A stretch of DNA of 64,000 bases from a bacterium (GTDB lineage Bacteria > Cyanobacteriota > Vampirovibrionia > Gastranaerophilales > Gastranaerophilaceae). Under the pieces are notes generated by a model that saw only the letters and a program-made list of their open reading frames with translations, was not told the origin of the DNA and ran no database searches. A program made the translations under genes and the position numbers. Of this stretch, positions 61,186-64,000 are shown in pieces (position 1 is the first letter of the stretch; the number at the start of each line of letters is the position of its first letter). Where the stretch lies: NCBI GenBank assembly GCA_017536545.1, contig JAFXHF010000008.1:49267-113266 (forward strand), in the 5' to 3' direction.

Positions 61186-61797
61186 TTAATAAGTCATTTC
61201 CCAATTGTCTCTTAACAACATACCAAAGCAACCTTTACCCAAAGGATCTGCGGTACAATCTGCAAGATTGGCGTGAGCTTCATATATTTTATTTGTTTTT
61301 TTGTCAATTCCAAGCATAAACATATCTCTTCCACCAATATTTGGCCCATCTGTAGAGTTAACATCTACACGGAAAATACAATAGTTAACACTTCCACCGC
61401 AATACATTGAAACAGCTTCGCCACTAGCAAGTTTTCCGTATCCGTGCTCTGCAACTAGGTTTGCAGCACCTGATGTACCGTTGACTGAGAAATATTTTTC
61501 AGAAAATGGTTTTTGGTTGTTACCAACTGTAACCTTTTTGAAATATTTATCAATGAAAGCTTGTTGATTTGACCCATCAGAGGCTTTACTATATGTAGTT
61601 TGGTCAAAGTATGAGACGTTGTTATCAATACATGCTTGATTTACTGCGTTCTCAACAGATTCAACAACTTTTTTTAGTCGTGTAATGTAAACCTTTTTGT
61701 GGTAATCCTTCAAGAATCCTGGAAGAACCAAGGTTGCAATAACTCCAATAATTGCCATTGTAATTAGCAATTCGCCAATAGTAAGGGCTTTTTTCAT
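61186..61797 (-). CDS. Pilin-like protein (paralogue 4; 1st gene of the operon), Ala at -1
   Basis: MKKA|LTIGELLITMAIIGVIATLVLPG. VDVNSTDGPNIGGRDMFML. C-terminal RDNWEMTY. Confidence 0.78.
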   Translation of the reverse strand: MKKALTIGELLITMAIIGVIATLVLPGFLKDYHKKVYITRLKKVVESVENAVNQACIDNNVSYFDQTTYSKASDGSNQQAFIDKYFKKVTVGNNQKPFSEKYFSVNGTSGAANLVAEHGYGKLASGEAVSMYCGGSVNYCIFRVDVNSTDGPNIGGRDMFMLGIDKKTNKIYEAHANLADCTADPLGKGCFGMLLRDNWEMTY

Positions 61798-61838
61798 ACT
61801 CTATAATATCCTGTATTTAGTCTTATACGTATAAATAA

Positions 61839-61867
61839 ATTATACACTTTTTTTTGACTCTTTTCAA
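61839..61867 (-). promoter_or_regulatory. Sigma70-like promoter (extended -10) for the pilin-like operon
   Basis: On the minus strand: TTGAAA (61867-61862), 17-nt spacer, TATAAT (61844-61839) preceded by TG. About 40 nt upstream of ATG 61797. Confidence 0.5.
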
Positions 61868-61993
61868 GTCATGAATTAAATAATAAAACCATCTGGAGCA
61901 GAAAAACGAATAAATTGAATAGTGTTTTGAGTATGAGATATATTTAGTTTGTTACTCATATAAAACACGTCAAAAAATTTTTTGCTAAAAATT

Positions 61994-62911
61994 TTAATAA
62001 TTGGTTTCAATAGATTTAATCATCTCATACATTACAGTATTATATGGGGTTGAGATATTATGTTTTTTGCCTAATTCAATTATTGTACCTGCAAGCATTT
62101 CAACTTCTGTTTTTCGTTTTGCTTCTACATCTTGTAACATTGAGGTTTTGCCTTCTGGCATGAGGTTTTTTAGTGCGGTTAATGCATCTTCAATCATTTT
62201 ATCAGTATTTTTTACTCCTTCAGCGTTTGCAATTGATTGAACCTCTTTCATTATGTTATTAAACATACTCATAAATTCAGGGTTTGAAGTCATTTCTCCA
62301 AAGGTTAATCTGAGTATTGCAGAGGGTTGATTTGTGCTTACATTTAGCATGAATTTTAGCCAGTATGAATAATTCATATCATTGGGAATTTTGTGGTTAA
62401 TATTTGTTTTTGTGAAATATTTATCAAGAGTATTGATAATATCAGGGTTTGTATATTTTTCTTTCATTCCAAAAACAACAGTGCCTCTACCGTCATAATA
62501 ATATTGGTTTGGGGCAATGGTTTCGCTATGTCCTAAAAAAAATGTTAGTGGGATATTTTTCCAACCATATTTTTTTGCAATAATTTCTTCACTTGAAATC
62601 CCGTTTAAAATAGACATTATAATTGTGTTTTCATCAACAAAGTTTTTTAAATTTTTTATAACTTCATCAAGTGCGTTGAATTTTGTTGCAATTAGAATTA
62701 AATCTGCTTTAAAATCGGTGTTATCTGGTGTTATGTAATTTAATTTTAATTCTGAGTCATTAAATATTTTTGGAGTCTTAATATAAGTTTCAAGACGATT
62801 TTTATCAACTAAAATTCTCAAGTTCTCATTATCGAATTTACTGATTTTGTCTGCTAAAATCGAACCTATTGCACCTATTCCGCATATTAGAACTTTTTTA
62901 ATTTCTTTCAT
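61994..62911 (-). CDS. panE: 2-dehydropantoate 2-reductase (ApbA/PanE family)
   Basis: N-terminal Rossmann VLICGIGAIGS, with the KTSMLQD and E.E.. motif region near the C-terminal domain. 305 aa. Confidence 0.75.
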   Translation of the reverse strand: MKEIKKVLICGIGAIGSILADKISKFDNENLRILVDKNRLETYIKTPKIFNDSELKLNYITPDNTDFKADLILIATKFNALDEVIKNLKNFVDENTIIMSILNGISSEEIIAKKYGWKNIPLTFFLGHSETIAPNQYYYDGRGTVVFGMKEKYTNPDIINTLDKYFTKTNINHKIPNDMNYSYWLKFMLNVSTNQPSAILRLTFGEMTSNPEFMSMFNNIMKEVQSIANAEGVKNTDKMIEDALTALKNLMPEGKTSMLQDVEAKRKTEVEMLAGTIIELGKKHNISTPYNTVMYEMIKSIETNY

Positions 62912-63047
62912 GATAATTAAATTTTATCATAATAAATTTTTGATTTAATTTAACTTAACAAAATGTTAGTTTTTGGCAAAAAACTTTAAAAAAAAGCTTT
63001 TATATAATAGTAAGGTAAGTAGCAATATTTTCGTGTGGAAAAATTAG

Positions 63048-63827
63048 ATGGGAATCGATTTGAATGGTCTAAACGGTTATCCCGTTGGGCTTAATCCAAA
63101 TTTAAAAGTAAATAGTTATGGAAAGTTTGTATATTTTGGGAATTCCAAAAATGTAGATACATTCCAATCTACTTCGCCTGTTCGTTTGTTTGAAGAAGCT
63201 GAGATTAAGAAAATGATTGCGAATAGTCCTGATGTTCAGAAGATTCTATCTGAACACAAAATTCCTGTACGTTTGAATATGAAAGAGCTACACGAATTAA
63301 GAGATGGGCATGCAAAAGAAACCCAAGATTTTGCAGTTGCTATTGCTAACAACTTACCACCAGCTCTTCGTCAACAAGTGAATATAAAAGACTTAAAAGA
63401 TGGTGCCTTGCTTCATGATTTTGGCAAAGTTTTAATTCCGCCTGAAATTTTGAATAAAAATGGTAGCCTTACTGAAGACGAACATAAAATTATGGATTTA
63501 CACACTGAACTTGGCTATTATTTGTTAAAAACTACTGGTGTAAATGATAAAGTTTTAGATTTGGTCAGAAACCATCACGATAATTATTCGGATAATTCTA
63601 CAGGAAGGAGCTACATTCCTGATATTAATCTGCAAATTCTTAATATTGCAGACAAATATTCTGCACTTACCGAAAAGAGAGTTTATAAAGATGCTTACGC
63701 TCCTCAACGAGCATTAACTGTTATTTATGGTGATGTTCAACGAGGTGAAGTTCATCCATTTTTATTTAACGCATTAGTGAAATCTATTCAGGATAATACT
63801 TTGCAGCCTCCCGTTAAGAAATGTTAA
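63048..63827 (+). CDS. Stand-alone HD-domain (HD-GYP-like) protein with a degenerate GYP motif
   Basis: HAKETQDFA, LLHDFGKVLIP and VRNHHDNYSDNSTGRSYIP (SYIP in place of GYP), then DKYSALTEKRVYK. 259 aa. Confidence 0.7.
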   Translation: MGIDLNGLNGYPVGLNPNLKVNSYGKFVYFGNSKNVDTFQSTSPVRLFEEAEIKKMIANSPDVQKILSEHKIPVRLNMKELHELRDGHAKETQDFAVAIANNLPPALRQQVNIKDLKDGALLHDFGKVLIPPEILNKNGSLTEDEHKIMDLHTELGYYLLKTTGVNDKVLDLVRNHHDNYSDNSTGRSYIPDINLQILNIADKYSALTEKRVYKDAYAPQRALTVIYGDVQRGEVHPFLFNALVKSIQDNTLQPPVKKC

Positions 63828-64000
63828 GTAGTATATACACTTTATGGCAATTTTTAATAACAAGAATTGTTTATATATATGTAAGGGATAATTAAGAGAT
63901 ATACTAACGGGGAAAATCTTAGTCTTACGAAACTAATCAAAAATTTCACACTGGGGAAAATAAATTTTTAGGGGAAAATAATCGAATCATCCATCATAAT

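Noticed and set aside
63909-63979. Three copies of GGGGAAAAT (63909, 63953, 63971) at the right edge. Considered as a CRISPR or other repeat array, or a regulatory repeat.
   Set aside because: The units are only 9 nt with irregular spacing (44 and 18 nt), no cas genes are present, and the window ends here. The observation is real, but there is too little sequence to interpret it. It should be re-examined with downstream sequence.

Overview
This is 64 kb of low-GC bacterial chromosome (about one third G+C by eye), densely packed. I count roughly 57 credible protein genes and one tRNA-Ile(GAT). There is no rRNA, no CRISPR array and no transposase, integrase or phage gene. The organism is diderm, since BamA, Skp/OmpH and a TolC-family outer-membrane factor are present.

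Most of the content is core housekeeping:
- dnaN, preceded by a dense cluster of DnaA-box-like 9-mers and an A/T tract (probable oriC)
- ilvE, manC, recJ, thiE, speE, rsmI, tpiA and panE
- a MarR / HlyD / 2x DHA2-MFS efflux operon, divergent from a TolC-like gene
- the conserved yceD-rpmF-plsX-fabH-fabD-fabG-acpP-fabF block
- a grpE-dnaJ operon without dnaK, translationally coupled to a secreted beta-propeller, an O-methyltransferase and a HIT protein
- a ycf45-like AAA ATPase, PPi-dependent phosphofructokinase, bamA-skp-udp, and two c-di-GMP turnover proteins

The ycf45-type gene, the origin-next-to-dnaN layout with T-rich boxes, and the style of the pilin N-termini suggest a non-photosynthetic Cyanobacteriota relative (Melainabacteria/Gastranaerophilales-like). 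That is a weak inference from memory, not a search result.

I do not see a recognisable defence island, secretion-system locus or mobile element. The parts that textbook annotation does not explain are:
1. The origin-like repeat cluster.
2. Seven paralogous pilin-like genes with a private C-terminal signature, four of them in one operon. Two of those four share a ~90% identical 5' block. No pilus-assembly genes are present.
3. An orphan soluble FlhA (FHIPEP) C-terminal-domain protein fused to a DUF4177-like head, inside a bamA-skp-udp string.
4. A membrane-anchored 714-aa protein with GHKL/sacsin-like motifs plus HExxH.
5. A 1831-aa membrane-anchored giant with an atypical GNAT domain.
6. A 697-aa EF-hand / YD-like / LysM-like protein without a signal peptide.
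7. A three-gene islet of small orphan ORFs.
8. A tRNA-derived fragment beside tRNA-Ile.

All functional calls come from motif recognition by eye. No database search was possible.
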